From an uncultured Candidatus Saccharibacteria bacterium (GTDB taxonomy: Bacteria > Patescibacteriota > WWE3 > UBA101185 > UBA10185), in assembly GCA_964490125.1 (NCBI GenBank), contig CAZBAJ010000001.1, positions 152,243 through 216,242 on the forward strand: 64,000 nt of DNA, read 5' to 3'. The notes under the pieces were generated by a model, which had not been told where the DNA came from, searched no databases, and saw nothing but the letters and a program-made list of their open reading frames with translations. This document shows, piece after piece, positions 38,294 to 49,376 of the stretch. The first letter of the stretch is position 1. The number at the start of each line of letters is the position of its first letter. A program made the position numbers and the translations under genes.

Positions 38294-39616
38294 ATGTACA
38301 GACTAACATTAGGTCTAGAAATCCATATTCAGGTCAATTCTGCTAAAAAAATGTTCTGTGGGTGCGATGCTAATATCTGGCAGGCGGAGCCTAACACTCA
38401 CACCTGTCCAACCTGTTTAGGACTGCCGGGAGCATTGCCGGTGCCAAATTTTGAGTCCGTTCAAAAAACTCAAGTTTTAGGTCTTGCCCTAAATTGTCGC
38501 CTTAATAAAAATAGTCATTTTGACCGAAAGCATTATTTTTATCCAGATTTGCCAAAAGGCTATCAGATTAGTCAGTATAAAGAACCTTTGTGCGGGGAAG
38601 GTTTTTTGGACTTAAAAAGCGGTAAACGGGCGCAAATCGAGCGGATTCATTTGGAGGAGGACACGGCAAAATCTTTTCATGAGGGTAATAAAACACTAAT
38701 AGACTTTAATAAGTCGGGTATTTCGCTAATGGAAATTGTTACAACCCCATGTTTTACAGATGTGGCGGATGCGGTTGACTTTTGTAAGAAAATTCAGGAC
38801 ATTGCGCGGGTTCTAGGTGTTAGTGACGCCGATATGGAAAAGGGCAATATGCGGTTGGAGGCAAACATTTCTTTGCGGACGGCGCAGATGGAGGCGCAAG
38901 GCGAGTTGGCAAAATATAAAGTGGAGGTTAAAAATATTAATTCCTTTAGATTTATGGAGAAGGCGGTTTTGTTTGAGGTTAAGAGGCAGGGCGACTTATT
39001 GGACGCAGGTCAAACGCCTAAACAGGAAAATCGGGGTTGGGATGAAAGAAAGGGCGGTACGGTTTCCCAGCGTGATAAGGAAGAAGCTCACGACTATCGA
39101 TATTTCCCTGACCCTGATATCCCACCCATGGTTTTTGAGAACAAGTATTTTGACGACTTAAAAAAGAGCTTACCTGAACTTCCTTATCAATTGCGGACTA
39201 GGTTGATTGTAAGTTACGGTTTAAATCCAGCCTCCGCGGACTTTTTTTCTACAGGTTTTGGAATTGAGCTTGCTAAAAAGTTTGAAGAAGTCGCCAAAAA
39301 AGTGCCAGACTACCAAAAAGTCGCCAATTTAATGATTAACAAGGTTGAATATCGAGACATGTCCGTTGACCAACTCGTTCTGGCATTGTCCAACGAGATG
39401 CAATTATCGGAAGCACCCTTGGATTTAGATGTTACCGATGTGATGGATAAGGTCCTTAAAGAAAACCCAACCGCCATCCAGAGTTATAAAGCAGGTAAAC
39501 AAGGTTCCTTTGAGTTTTTGCTTGGGCAGACGGTTAAATCGCTAGGTACTAAAACCGATATGGTCAAACTTCGTCAAAAATTGGTAGAGAAATTAAGAAT
39601 AGCCTCTAATCCTTGA
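38294..39616 (+). CDS. gatB: Asp/Glu-tRNA amidotransferase subunit B
   Basis: LGLEIHIQVNSAKKMFCGC and TCPTCLGLPGALPV are canonical GatB motifs. Confidence 0.9.
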   Translation: MYRLTLGLEIHIQVNSAKKMFCGCDANIWQAEPNTHTCPTCLGLPGALPVPNFESVQKTQVLGLALNCRLNKNSHFDRKHYFYPDLPKGYQISQYKEPLCGEGFLDLKSGKRAQIERIHLEEDTAKSFHEGNKTLIDFNKSGISLMEIVTTPCFTDVADAVDFCKKIQDIARVLGVSDADMEKGNMRLEANISLRTAQMEAQGELAKYKVEVKNINSFRFMEKAVLFEVKRQGDLLDAGQTPKQENRGWDERKGGTVSQRDKEEAHDYRYFPDPDIPPMVFENKYFDDLKKSLPELPYQLRTRLIVSYGLNPASADFFSTGFGIELAKKFEEVAKKVPDYQKVANLMINKVEYRDMSVDQLVLALSNEMQLSEAPLDLDVTDVMDKVLKENPTAIQSYKAGKQGSFEFLLGQTVKSLGTKTDMVKLRQKLVEKLRIASNP

Positions 39617-39632
39617 GTGTTATAATCCCTGC

Positions 39633-41471
39633 ATGGACTTAAAGTTTAGTTTTACCGACCCTAAATACCAGCATATTACCAGCATGGACCAGGTGGTTAA
39701 GGCGGTAGAAGAGCTGGAAAAACACCAAATGCTGGGCGTTGACATTGAGGGTACGGGCTTAGACCCATACACCGATAAACTTTTGCTCTTGCAGATCGGT
39801 ACGGACGAAGTAAGTTATATTTTTGACGCTCAAGTCATGCCACTTTACGGTATAGAGCCACTAATTAACCTTTTAGAAAACCCAAAGATTATTAAGATTA
39901 TGCAAAATGGTAAGTTTGACTATGGATTCATAAAATTGCAGGTCGGTGCAAAAATTAATAATATTTTTGACACGATGTTAGCGGAGGGCGTTTTAACGGC
40001 GGGCTTAAAGCGGCCACAATCTTTAGCGGCACTTTCGGAGCAATATTTAGAAACCAGGCTTGATAAGTCCACCAGAAAAAGCTTTGAGGAATTAAAAACC
40101 CAAATATCCGAGTCGCAATTAAAATATTCCGCGTTAGATACTTTAGTGCTTTTCCCCATTTTTGAGGCGCAATACAAGCGACTTCAGGAGGAGAAACTTA
40201 TTAATATTGCTAAACTAGAATTTGCCGTAACCACGGTTGTAGCAGAAATGGAGCTGTATGGCATTTATATCGATGTCCCTAAATGGCGCGGAATTATAAC
40301 TAATCTTAGAAAAAAGCACGCCGAATATTTATTTAACTTTCAGGAAGCGGTACGGCCGTTATACGAAACATCCCAAGTTGATTTATTTGGTCAGCACGCC
40401 GATGTTATAAATACTAACAGCAACACACAATTATTGGATCTCTTTAATAATAAACTGCATCTAGGAATTCTATCTACGGGCGACGAGGTGCTAATGAGTC
40501 TGAACCATCCGGTAGCAAAAATCTTACGCGACTACCGGGCTTATACCAAACTTATTACTTCTTTTGGCGACAATTTGCTGGCAAAAGTCAATAAAAAAAC
40601 CGGTCGACTGCACCCGGATTTTATGCAACTTGGAGCCGCTACTGGTAGATTTGCCTGCTCCAACCCAAACTTGCAACAAATTCCCCGAAATTCCGAAGAA
40701 GCCCCGTTTAGACAATGTTTTGTACCGGCAAGTGGCTATAAACTGGTGGTAACGGATTATTCGTCAATGGAGATGCGTATTTTGGCTGACCTTTCCGGCG
40801 ATGTAAAAATGATTGATGCGCTAAAAAATAATTTAGACATCCATTCCTACACGGCGGCTTTGATGTTTGGTAAAGAATACACGCCGGACTTTAAAAAGAA
40901 ATACCCGGAACTTCGTCAAATTGCCAAGCCTATTGGTTTTGGGCTAATGTACGGCATGGGTCCTATGGGTTTAGCAAAGCGACTTGAGCAAGAAATGGGC
41001 AGGGAAGTGACAAAAGAAGAGGGAGCGGATTACATGAATAAATATTTTTCCTCGTATCCGTCTGTGCGGACTTTTTTGGACAGGACGGCAAACGAGGCAG
41101 TTTTGCGTGGCTGGAGCATGACGCCGGCAGGCAGAAAAAGATGGTACAAAAAACCGGATCCCAGCGATCCCGATTTCAAAAAACATAATGCACAAATACA
41201 GCGGGAAGCAAAAAACCACCCCATTCAAGGTACTAACGCAGATGTTATAAAATACGCATTAGTATTTATTCATGAACGCCTTAAAAAAGAGGGTATTCAA
41301 GGCGCCATTACGCACACCGTGCATGACGAGGTAGTTACGGAAGTCCGAGCAGACCAGGCGGAGGATTGGGCAAAATGTCAGCAAGAAGAGATGGTGCGGG
41401 CAGGGGAATTGGTAATTAAAAAGGTGCCTGTGGTTTCTGATCCGGTAGTTGGTGATGTGTGGGAGCACTAA
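39633..41471 (+). CDS. polA: DNA polymerase I-like (family A) with a 3'-5' exonuclease domain and no 5' nuclease domain
   Basis: The exonuclease domain is marked by LGVDIEGTGLD...LLLQIG. Pol A motifs are present: motif A (DYSSMEMRILA), motif B (RQIAKPIGFGLMYGMG) and motif C (HTVHDEVV). Confidence 0.85.
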   Translation: MDLKFSFTDPKYQHITSMDQVVKAVEELEKHQMLGVDIEGTGLDPYTDKLLLLQIGTDEVSYIFDAQVMPLYGIEPLINLLENPKIIKIMQNGKFDYGFIKLQVGAKINNIFDTMLAEGVLTAGLKRPQSLAALSEQYLETRLDKSTRKSFEELKTQISESQLKYSALDTLVLFPIFEAQYKRLQEEKLINIAKLEFAVTTVVAEMELYGIYIDVPKWRGIITNLRKKHAEYLFNFQEAVRPLYETSQVDLFGQHADVINTNSNTQLLDLFNNKLHLGILSTGDEVLMSLNHPVAKILRDYRAYTKLITSFGDNLLAKVNKKTGRLHPDFMQLGAATGRFACSNPNLQQIPRNSEEAPFRQCFVPASGYKLVVTDYSSMEMRILADLSGDVKMIDALKNNLDIHSYTAALMFGKEYTPDFKKKYPELRQIAKPIGFGLMYGMGPMGLAKRLEQEMGREVTKEEGADYMNKYFSSYPSVRTFLDRTANEAVLRGWSMTPAGRKRWYKKPDPSDPDFKKHNAQIQREAKNHPIQGTNADVIKYALVFIHERLKKEGIQGAITHTVHDEVVTEVRADQAEDWAKCQQEEMVRAGELVIKKVPVVSDPVVGDVWEH

Positions 41472-41587
41472 CGGAGGATGCTTCAAGCGGTGGAGGTTTC
41501 CCGAGAAGACATGGGAAACCGAACACAATCTTAAGTCGTTTAGCACACACATTGCGCAACTGCTAAAGATATGCTAGGCTTTTATCT

Positions 41588-43702
41588 ATGGTAATCTGTC
41601 AACGCTGCGGGCAAAATCCCGCCACCGTAACAACTTATAAAATAATCGACGGCAGGCAAATATATTTAGCTTTGTGTGAGGCCTGCAATTTTGAATTGTC
41701 TCAAGTTTCTTCCGGTTCGGCTACTACGCTGGACAAATATGGTCGCGACCTTACTATTTTGGCAAAAATGGGCAGATTGGATCCTGTAATTGGTCGCAAA
41801 GAAGAAATTGAGCGACTTGTCCACATTCTTTGTCGTCGTACTAAAAATAACCCTGTATTAATAGGAGATCCTGGAGTTGGTAAAACCGCCATTGTAGAAG
41901 GTTTAGCCCAAAGAATTGTTAGCGGACAGGTTCCGGAACCGTTGCGTGGCAAAAGGGTGTTTGCGCTGGACCTTACAGCCGTTATTGCGGGAACTAATCA
42001 TAGAGGCATGTTTGAAGAGCGACTTAAAAATATTATCGGTGAGGTTATAAAATCCCAAGGTCAAATTATTATGTTTATTGACGAGTTGCACCAAGTGGTT
42101 GGAGCTGGTGCCAGTGGTAGTGCGGAAGCTATGGACGCCGCCAATATTTTAAAACCGTCTTTAGCGCGAGGAGAGTTGCAGTTAGTTGGGGCGACTACAT
42201 TAGATGAGTACCGCAGGTACATTGAGCGGGATGGTGCGCTAGAAAGAAGATTTCAACCAATCATCGTTAAAGAACCGTCACAAGAGGACAGTGTAGAAAT
42301 TTTAAAAGGTTTGCGGGAAAAATACGAGCAACATCATCATGTAAAAATCAGTGACGAGGCGTTGGAAACCGCGGTTAAACTTTCTGCACGGTATGTGTCC
42401 GATAGGTACTTGCCCGATAAAGCCATAGATGTTATGGACGAGGCAGGCGCCCAAGTCCGTCTTACCCAAGTCAAAGAGCCAGAAAATTTAAAAATGGTGG
42501 AACAGCAACTTAAAGACCTTAAAGACCTGCAAAAAACCCAGTTGACGGAGGAAGAAGCCCAAAGAAATAAAGAGCAGGTGGAGGATTTAGAAAAAGTTAA
42601 AAGCGAGCTTGTAGGAATTTGGATGCAGACAAAGCTGGAGGAGATTCCAACTGTGGATAAAACTGCCATAGCAAGAGTTGTTGCCAGAATGACGGGCGTA
42701 CCTGTGGAGGAAGTTTCCGCAATAGAGAAAGAGCGACTTATTAAAATGGAGGAGCTTATTCACGCCCGAATGGTTAATCAGGTAGAGGCGGTAAAAACGG
42801 TAAGTAGCGCCATAAGACGGGCTAGAGCGGGACTTAGGGATCTTAAAAGACCAATTGGAGTTTTTATGTTTATGGGTCCAACTGGCGTTGGTAAAACAGA
42901 GCTGGCAAAGTCCTTGGCGGAAGTGCTTTACGGAAATGAAAGCGCCTTAGTGCGACTGGATATGAGCGAATACATGGAAAAGCATACCGTGTCCAAAATG
43001 ATTGGGGCGCCTCCGGGCTATGTTGGTTACGGTGAAGGCGGTCAGTTGACAGAAATTGTGAGGCGCAAGCCTTTTAGCGTCATTCTGCTGGACGAAATAG
43101 AAAAAGCCCACCCTGATGTCTTTAATGCGCTTTTGCAAATTATGGAGGACGGCAGACTTACAGACAGTAAAGGTCGGGTGGTGGATTTTAAAAACACCAT
43201 CATTATAATGACTTCAAATGTCGGAAGCGATTTACTTAAAAAGTCGGATATTGGCTTTGGTAGCGCGGGTAGACTGGAGTCGACGGGTAAAAAAGAAGAA
43301 ATGGAACGCAAAATAAAAGAGTCGCTTAAAGACACCTTTAAACCGGAATTTCTAAACCGGATAGATGAAATTGTAATGTTCAGTAGTCTAACTAAGGAAG
43401 ATATAAGAAAAATAGTTGGATTGGAGATGGAAAAAGTCAAGAAAATGCTAACAGACAAAAAAGTTACACTTACGGTTGACGACAAAGTGCTGGATTGGCT
43501 TACTGAAGAAGGCTATAACAGCGAATACGGCGCCAGGCCGCTTAAGCGGTTGATCCAAAAAGAGCTGGAGGACAAGCTTTCCCAAATGATTATTGCGGGG
43601 GATGTTTTGGAAGGCGACGATGTTGATGTAGTGATTTCCGACGAGAAAACAATTAAAGTTGCCGTAAAAGAAAAGGCAGTTGTGCAGAATCAGGATTTTT
43701 GA
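41588..43702 (+). CDS. clpE: Clp ATPase of ClpE/ClpC type with an N-terminal CxxC zinc finger and two AAA+ modules
   Basis: CQRCG...CEAC is the zinc finger. Walker A motifs are GDPGVGKT and GPTGVGKT. A ClpP-binding IGF loop (SDIGFGS) is present. Confidence 0.85.
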   Translation: MVICQRCGQNPATVTTYKIIDGRQIYLALCEACNFELSQVSSGSATTLDKYGRDLTILAKMGRLDPVIGRKEEIERLVHILCRRTKNNPVLIGDPGVGKTAIVEGLAQRIVSGQVPEPLRGKRVFALDLTAVIAGTNHRGMFEERLKNIIGEVIKSQGQIIMFIDELHQVVGAGASGSAEAMDAANILKPSLARGELQLVGATTLDEYRRYIERDGALERRFQPIIVKEPSQEDSVEILKGLREKYEQHHHVKISDEALETAVKLSARYVSDRYLPDKAIDVMDEAGAQVRLTQVKEPENLKMVEQQLKDLKDLQKTQLTEEEAQRNKEQVEDLEKVKSELVGIWMQTKLEEIPTVDKTAIARVVARMTGVPVEEVSAIEKERLIKMEELIHARMVNQVEAVKTVSSAIRRARAGLRDLKRPIGVFMFMGPTGVGKTELAKSLAEVLYGNESALVRLDMSEYMEKHTVSKMIGAPPGYVGYGEGGQLTEIVRRKPFSVILLDEIEKAHPDVFNALLQIMEDGRLTDSKGRVVDFKNTIIIMTSNVGSDLLKKSDIGFGSAGRLESTGKKEEMERKIKESLKDTFKPEFLNRIDEIVMFSSLTKEDIRKIVGLEMEKVKKMLTDKKVTLTVDDKVLDWLTEEGYNSEYGARPLKRLIQKELEDKLSQMIIAGDVLEGDDVDVVISDEKTIKVAVKEKAVVQNQDF

Positions 43703-43720
43703 TACTATTCCCACGCACAT

Positions 43721-44182
43721 ATGAAATCTACGGCGCAAAACAGCAAAATACCGGAGTTTAGAGCGGGCGACACAGTTACCGTTCATTATAAAATTATTGA
43801 GGGCGACAAAGTAAGAACCCAGCCTTTTACCGGGATAGTAATTTCAAAGCGGGGTGAGGGTGTATCCAAAACCTTTACAGTGCGACGCATTGGGGCGGAC
43901 GGCGTGGGTGTAGAAAGGATTTTTCCGTTAGCCTCGCCAAATATAGAAAAATTGGTGGTAGAGAAAACCGGTAAAGTACGACGGGCTAAATTGTACTATT
44001 TAAGAGGCAAAGTTGGTCGTCAAGCCACTAAAGTTAAAGAGCGCTTTGGCGACATCATTGTCGCGCCGGAAGTGCCTGCCGAGGTGGAAGAATCGGAGCG
44101 AGCGCAAGATTTAGAAAAAACAGAACACTTGGAAGAGGTTTCAGAACCACAAACTAATGAAGATCAACCAAAGACAGAGTAG
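43721..44182 (+). CDS. rplS: 50S ribosomal protein L19 with an acidic C-terminal extension
   Basis: [35 protein letters not shown] matches the L19 core. Confidence 0.9.
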   Translation: MKSTAQNSKIPEFRAGDTVTVHYKIIEGDKVRTQPFTGIVISKRGEGVSKTFTVRRIGADGVGVERIFPLASPNIEKLVVEKTGKVRRAKLYYLRGKVGRQATKVKERFGDIIVAPEVPAEVEESERAQDLEKTEHLEEVSEPQTNEDQPKTE

Positions 44183-44196
44183 TAGCCGATGGAATC

Positions 44197-44750
44197 TCAC
44201 CTTACTGGTATTAATTGATTCATGTCTAGTTTAAAAACCCTTGAGGGTAAATTATTAAGAACACCACCATCAAGGTAAAAATCCACGGATTTTCCAAAAT
44301 ACGCTTGTGCCTGTTTAATATCGCTGGCTGGTGTCTTGGAACTAGGGTTGGCGGATGTTGATACCAAAGGTCCTGTTTGTGTCAGCAAAGTCAAAAGCGG
44401 TTTCTAGGCGGGTAAGCGAAAGGCTAGGGATTTAGTTCCTCGGTGCAGGTACTCGAATCGTTCATTGGTTACGGGGAGGATGATGCTGTTTGGTCCTGGC
44501 CAATAATTAGCCAAGAGTTCGGATAATTTTTCGTCAACTGTAACACCATAACTTTTTAAGTCGTCCAAGGAAGAAATTAGTATTATAAAGGGCTTTGCTC
44601 GGTCGCGCCCTTTTAAGTCGTAAATTCTCTCAACCGCGCCTTTATTAGTAGCCAAGCAGTGAAGTCCGTAAATTGTGTCAGTTGGTAAAACCGCAATACC
44701 GCCATTTAGTAAGATTTTGCCCGCTTTCTCCCAGTCGTCCATATTTGACA
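44197..44750 (-). pseudogene. tsaC: L-threonylcarbamoyladenylate synthase TsaC/YrdC interrupted by an in-frame TAG (plus-strand 44404-44406)
   Basis: The N-part (ORF 44404..44907; GGIAVLPTDTIYGL, KGRDRAKPFIIL) and C-part (44197..44394; PLVSTSANPS, DFYLDGG) are in the same frame. They are separated by a single amber codon at the position aligning with the conserved D/H of the RxxDH box. Confidence 0.7.
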
Positions 44751-44884
44751 TTATCTCATACAAATGTGTGCTATAATGAACTCGCTCTAAAATGCAAGAA
44801 AGCGTGAGTTCCAAACCTTTATGTTTTTCCCAGATTTTAGATATTATCAAGTTAAAATGAAGGCGGTGAATAGAATTTAAGAAC

Positions 44885-45229
44885 ATGACCAAACTATATG
44901 TAGGCAATTTGCCTTATAGTTACAATGACGATGCGTTAAAGCAGTTGTTTTCTGCTTACGGCGATGTTGTTGCAACAATTATAATTGACAGAATGACTGG
45001 AAGAAGCAAAGGTTTTGGATTTGTAGAAGTGAGCGAAGAGCATGCACAGACTGCAATTTCCGAAATGAATGGTAAGGATTTAGAAGGTAGAGCGATAGTA
45101 GTAAATGAAGCCAGACCCATGACTGAAAGACCCAAAAGAGATTTTGGTGGCGACAGAGGTGGTTACGGTGACAGGAGAGGCGGTGGAGACAGGGGTGGAG
45201 ATAGAGGCGGATTTAGGAATAGATACTAA
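44885..45229 (+). CDS. RRM-type RNA-binding protein with an RGG/Gly-rich tail
   Basis: RNP-2 LYVGNL and RNP-1 KGFGFVEV are present, plus RGG repeats. Confidence 0.85.
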   Translation: MTKLYVGNLPYSYNDDALKQLFSAYGDVVATIIIDRMTGRSKGFGFVEVSEEHAQTAISEMNGKDLEGRAIVVNEARPMTERPKRDFGGDRGGYGDRRGGGDRGGDRGGFRNRY

Positions 45230-45245
45230 AGGTTGACTGTCTTTT

Positions 45246-45298
45246 TTCCCGCCACGGGCGGGAAACCTTGATCGGCTGGGTAACTCCAGCCGATTTTG
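45246..45298 (+). terminator. Tandem hairpins downstream of the RRM gene; the second (atcggctg...cagccgat + TTTT) is a Rho-independent terminator
   Basis: Stems ttcccgcc/ggcgggaa and atcggctg/cagccgat, followed by a T-run. Confidence 0.6.
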
Positions 45299-45326
45299 GT
45301 TGATTTTAGGTGGTTTGGGTGGTTAA

Positions 45327-46199
45327 ATGGTCAACATGGCAAATGGGGATGTTACGGAAAAGCACACACCAAGTCAGCAAGCTGGCGACCAAGATAGTTC
45401 CGCCAAGACATTACTTCTGTTTGTGGCAGGTATCTTGTTGGTGGGTTTTGTAGTTTTTATCGTTAGGGATAGCAATAGACAAAATAAATCGCAAGAAAAT
45501 CTTCTAGCAAGTCCACTTGAAGAAGTCCAAAAGTCCGATGAACTAAAAGAGGAGCCTTTAACAGAAGCAAGCACCGAACCTCTCTTGGAACCTTTAAGTG
45601 AGCCAAAAAGTGAGGCAACACCAAATTTAGAACGACAGGAGGCACAAAACATGAGCGACCAAAATTCAAAAGTAAAAATGACGGTGGAGCAAAAATTGGC
45701 AGTCCAGAAACCTACGGAAATGGTTGATTCAACCAAAAACTACACCGCAACATTTAAAACCAATATGGGCGACATTGTAATCGCTTTGGATGCTAAAAAT
45801 CGTCCCCAAACCGTCAACAATTTTGTGTACTTAGCCAACCTTGGTTTTTACGACGATGTAATTTTTCATCGCGTAATAGCTAACTTTATGATTCAGGGTG
45901 GGGATCCTTTAGGCATGGGAACGGGTGGTCCAGCCTACAAGTTTGCGGACGAGCTTTCTGCACCTAATTCTAACGCCAAAGGCACCATTTCTATGGCAAA
46001 TTCCGGCCCAAATACTAACGGCAGTCAGTTTTTTATAAATTTAGTCGACAACAATTATCTGGACGCTAAACATACGGTTTTTGGTAAGGTAACATCTGGT
46101 ATGGATGTGGTGGAGGCTATAGGTAAAGTCCAAACTGGTCAAAATGACAAGCCTCTTACCCCAGTCAAAATAGAGTCAATTGAGATAACTCAAGAATAA
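45327..46199 (+). CDS. Cyclophilin-type peptidyl-prolyl isomerase with an N-terminal TM anchor and an acidic low-complexity linker
   Basis: FHRVIANFMIQGGDP and MANSGPNTNGSQFFI are present. Confidence 0.85.
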   Translation: MVNMANGDVTEKHTPSQQAGDQDSSAKTLLLFVAGILLVGFVVFIVRDSNRQNKSQENLLASPLEEVQKSDELKEEPLTEASTEPLLEPLSEPKSEATPNLERQEAQNMSDQNSKVKMTVEQKLAVQKPTEMVDSTKNYTATFKTNMGDIVIALDAKNRPQTVNNFVYLANLGFYDDVIFHRVIANFMIQGGDPLGMGTGGPAYKFADELSAPNSNAKGTISMANSGPNTNGSQFFINLVDNNYLDAKHTVFGKVTSGMDVVEAIGKVQTGQNDKPLTPVKIESIEITQE

Positions 46200-46217
46200 T
46201 GGTTTAATTTTGGTGTC

Positions 46218-47153
46218 ATGATAGACGCAGTATTTTTTGCTCTTGCTTTAGTTGGTTTATGGATCGGTGCGGGCATTTCCGTTGGCGCTGTAGAAAAAGT
46301 CTCAAAATATCTAAAAATCTCCTCATTTTTTACCTCGTTCATTATTCTTGGTGGTTTAACCTCCGTTAGCGAGATTTCTGTTGCGTATTTTTCTATTGTC
46401 GACAAAACACCTACTATTTCCGTAGGTAATCTTATTGGCGCTTCTATTGTTCTTACGCTTTTTGCAGTACCCCTGTTAGCAATTTTTAATAAAGGGATAA
46501 AAATAGACGATCGTACCGAGCCGGTCAATTTTAATATTGCTTATCTTGTTATATCGTTGCCGGCACTGTTGATACTAGATAAAACTCTTAGCTTTTTTGA
46601 TGTTGGGGTTATGTTATGCTCTTTTGTTTTTTTAGGCGTCACTATGTCTACAAAAAGTACAGTTCTTGCAAAGCTGGAAGACGCTTTAACTCACCCTAAG
46701 ATAGACGCCATTAAAGAAGGCTTAAAAATTATTATGGGTGTTGGTATGATTATTCTTGCCAGCAAGTATATTGTTGATACTGCAGTTATTTACTCTGGTA
46801 GACTTGTGGTACCGCCTTTTTTAATTGGTGTACTGATTTTATCTTTAGGTACAAATTTACCGGAACTTTCCGTCCTAGTTAGGTCGACATTGGAGAAAAA
46901 GAAAAACATTGCACTAGGCGACTATGTTGGGTCGTCGGTATTAAACACGCTTACTATTTGCGGGTTAACAGTTTTTAATGGCGCCCCTATAGTATTAAAT
47001 GCCGGTCTTAAATTAAATTTGCTGATTTTACCCTTAGGCTCAACACTGTTTTTGTATATGACGCGAGATGGGCGGTTGGAAAAACGCGAGGGTTTTGTGT
47101 TACTGGCGTTGTATGTGCTTTTTGTAGTCTTGGAATTACTCCCCGTACTTTAG
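46218..47153 (+). CDS. Na+/Ca2+ exchanger (CaCA, YrbG-like) membrane protein
   Basis: Two alpha-repeat motifs are present (GNLIGASIVL; GTNLPELSV). Confidence 0.7.
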   Translation: MIDAVFFALALVGLWIGAGISVGAVEKVSKYLKISSFFTSFIILGGLTSVSEISVAYFSIVDKTPTISVGNLIGASIVLTLFAVPLLAIFNKGIKIDDRTEPVNFNIAYLVISLPALLILDKTLSFFDVGVMLCSFVFLGVTMSTKSTVLAKLEDALTHPKIDAIKEGLKIIMGVGMIILASKYIVDTAVIYSGRLVVPPFLIGVLILSLGTNLPELSVLVRSTLEKKKNIALGDYVGSSVLNTLTICGLTVFNGAPIVLNAGLKLNLLILPLGSTLFLYMTRDGRLEKREGFVLLALYVLFVVLELLPVL

Positions 47154-48206
47154 TAAAAACTCTGGGTTAATGACTTTAAAACTTATCCGACCTAAATCTT
47201 CATCCGTAGCCTCTTGTACAGACCTTACAACTACACCTTCCACCTCGGTTTCGGGTGCAATTACAGATTTACGGGTAGCGTAGGCAACCATGTCGTCCAC
47301 AGTTGGCAAAAGTTTAAAATTGTCCACCAAAAGCGGAACTACCGGAACTTCCAAACCTTTTATTGTCGCCACAAAATCCGCGTAAGGTAAAAACTTGCCT
47401 GCCTCAAAGTCGTAAACATTAAAAAAATAACAAGTGTGACCGTTAATTTTTAGCCGATTATTTTGAATATAGTCGCCCACCACCTCGCCTTGCAGGGCAT
47501 AAGGTTTGCCAAGAGCGCGTAATTTTTCCTCCAGTTTAAGCTCACGGGCTACCTGCCAGTAAGTATTTTTGTCGCTTTCTACAAGATCCAAACCCCGCGA
47601 GCACACATGAAACTCGTCGTCCTTAATAAAGACCGTCATAGAAGTACCGTCCAGCTTTTCCGTGACATAAAAAACCTTATCTTTGTGGCGGTCTAAAACT
47701 TGCGGGACGGCTTGGAGACGGATTTCGTCTGTTTTAGGAATGTACGACGGAAAAAGTCCGCGAGCCGTGCCTGAAAGACACGCCGGAATTGCAGGTTCGT
47801 ACTTAACTACGCCTAAAAGTGCGGTAACATCCAAGCCCTCTTTAAAGTCGTACACGGGCGTCTCCCTAGCGTCATTAGGATATTTTTTATTTTGTAAAAT
47901 TGACATGGGAAGACACAAACCCTGCGACACCTGCCCGCGAAGCTTTATGGTGCGCAAGCGGTAACCCTCGTACTCTCTACCGCCAAAATACGACTTTTTA
48001 ACCCCGCCTTTAGCCAAAAACTCAAAATCGGCTGTTACGGGGAGTAGGGAATCGATCTCAAAGTACACGCACAGGTCACCGGGCGCAAACTCGCCTTTTT
48101 TAACCACCACATGCCAGCCTAAAACCGTGGCGACTTCTATGGAATCCGCGCCTTCAATAGGCTTAAGGTCGACGATTTTTTGGATTGATGCAAGTTTTCT
48201 TTCCAT
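47136..48206 (-). CDS. ATP-dependent RNA ligase-like nucleotidyltransferase (KxDG motif) with an N-terminal OB-like domain
   Basis: TEKLDGTS (motif I lysine) lies after an N-terminal KIVDLKPIEGADSIEVATV OB-like segment. The architecture resembles Rnl5/DraRnl-type ligases, as far as I recall them. Confidence 0.55.
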   Translation of the reverse strand: MERKLASIQKIVDLKPIEGADSIEVATVLGWHVVVKKGEFAPGDLCVYFEIDSLLPVTADFEFLAKGGVKKSYFGGREYEGYRLRTIKLRGQVSQGLCLPMSILQNKKYPNDARETPVYDFKEGLDVTALLGVVKYEPAIPACLSGTARGLFPSYIPKTDEIRLQAVPQVLDRHKDKVFYVTEKLDGTSMTVFIKDDEFHVCSRGLDLVESDKNTYWQVARELKLEEKLRALGKPYALQGEVVGDYIQNNRLKINGHTCYFFNVYDFEAGKFLPYADFVATIKGLEVPVVPLLVDNFKLLPTVDDMVAYATRKSVIAPETEVEGVVVRSVQEATDEDLGRISFKVINPEFLLKYGE

Positions 48207-48261
48207 GGGAGGATTATAGCAAATTTGTTAGAGACCGGGATCTGCGTCCACTGATTATTAT

Positions 48262-48594
48262 TTACAGAGTTTTAAGAAGTCTAAATTTGACGATTTTTAC
48301 TAGTGTGTTTCCGTCTACCGGTTGATTGTAGTAACGGGAATAGTCGTCGTACATTTCTTGTTTAGAATTATATTTTTCATGACCCTCTAGGTCTTCCTCC
48401 GTCATGTTTTGTAAGGGTTTTTCTGTTACTTTTGTAAGCTCTGCCTCTGCGAAAGGAACAAGTTCTGGTCTTTTGATAAAAGTCACTAAATCCCCTGTGG
48501 TTAAATTTTTGTCGTCAAACAGCCTCCATGTGGTAGTTTTCTCGCCAGACAGGACTAATTCGACAAGATGGGGCATGAATTTAAGTGTTTTCAT
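48262..48594 (-). CDS. ASCH domain protein
   Basis: LSGEKTTTWRL (the GxKTxTxR ASCH signature) is present. Confidence 0.6.
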   Translation of the reverse strand: MKTLKFMPHLVELVLSGEKTTTWRLFDDKNLTTGDLVTFIKRPELVPFAEAELTKVTEKPLQNMTEEDLEGHEKYNSKQEMYDDYSRYYNQPVDGNTLVKIVKFRLLKTL

Positions 48595-49376
48595 ATCGTT
48601 ACATGCTTAAGTCGCTCAAAATTCTTACCTGGCTCAAGTCTAGTTTCTGCTAAAAATTCTTCCTCAACTGTTTCTGCAGAAAAAGCGTTTTTATGTTGTA
48701 ATAGCGCCTGTTTCTTTTTGTCGATATACTTTGTAATGTCAAAATGCAGAACATCTGGATAAGAATAAGAATCGGAAAACATCAGCTCGCTTACTGTGTG
48801 CGGGGTTAAGCCCGACTTACTAAAATGCTCTGGAAAAAATCCTCTGTCTCTGGAGTAGGGGTAAGACGAATCAAGCACAATTGACGCGACAGCCCGATGA
48901 TCCCTGTGGTTTACCCAATGGATGTCGTCAGAAAAAGTATTAATTGGATCAAACGGATTTTGAGTTATGATGATTTCCGGTTTAAATTGACGAATATGAA
49001 AAACAACCTTGCCGATATTTTCTAAAGTATTTTCCAATTCGCCGTCGGGAATGCCTAAATTAAACATTTCGTCTTCTCTAAGACCCAGCTCTTTACCGGC
49101 GGAAAACTGCTCCGCAACACGTATTTTGGCAAATTCAGCCTCGGTAACATCCGTTCGCTCTTGAAAACCCTTTCCACCGTCAGTCATAACTACAAGTCGT
49201 ACCTGCTTACCTTCGTCAAGTAGTCTTGCCACAATTCCACCGCAAATAATTTCGTTGTCGTCTGGGTGCGCCATAACAACAAGAACTTTTTGCTTGTCGC
49301 CAAATATTTTGTTAAAAGAGTCCTGTATTTCCATATTTCTTGGTTTTGGTGTCAATAATCCTTTATCTCGTTCCAA
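48591..49376 (-). CDS. PIG-L/LmbE family N-acetylglucosaminyl deacetylase
   Basis: VLVVMAHPDDNEIICGG (AHPDDE box) and the HxDH region (NHRDH) are present. Confidence 0.8.
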   Translation of the reverse strand: MERDKGLLTPKPRNMEIQDSFNKIFGDKQKVLVVMAHPDDNEIICGGIVARLLDEGKQVRLVVMTDGGKGFQERTDVTEAEFAKIRVAEQFSAGKELGLREDEMFNLGIPDGELENTLENIGKVVFHIRQFKPEIIITQNPFDPINTFSDDIHWVNHRDHRAVASIVLDSSYPYSRDRGFFPEHFSKSGLTPHTVSELMFSDSYSYPDVLHFDITKYIDKKKQALLQHKNAFSAETVEEEFLAETRLEPGKNFERLKHVTI

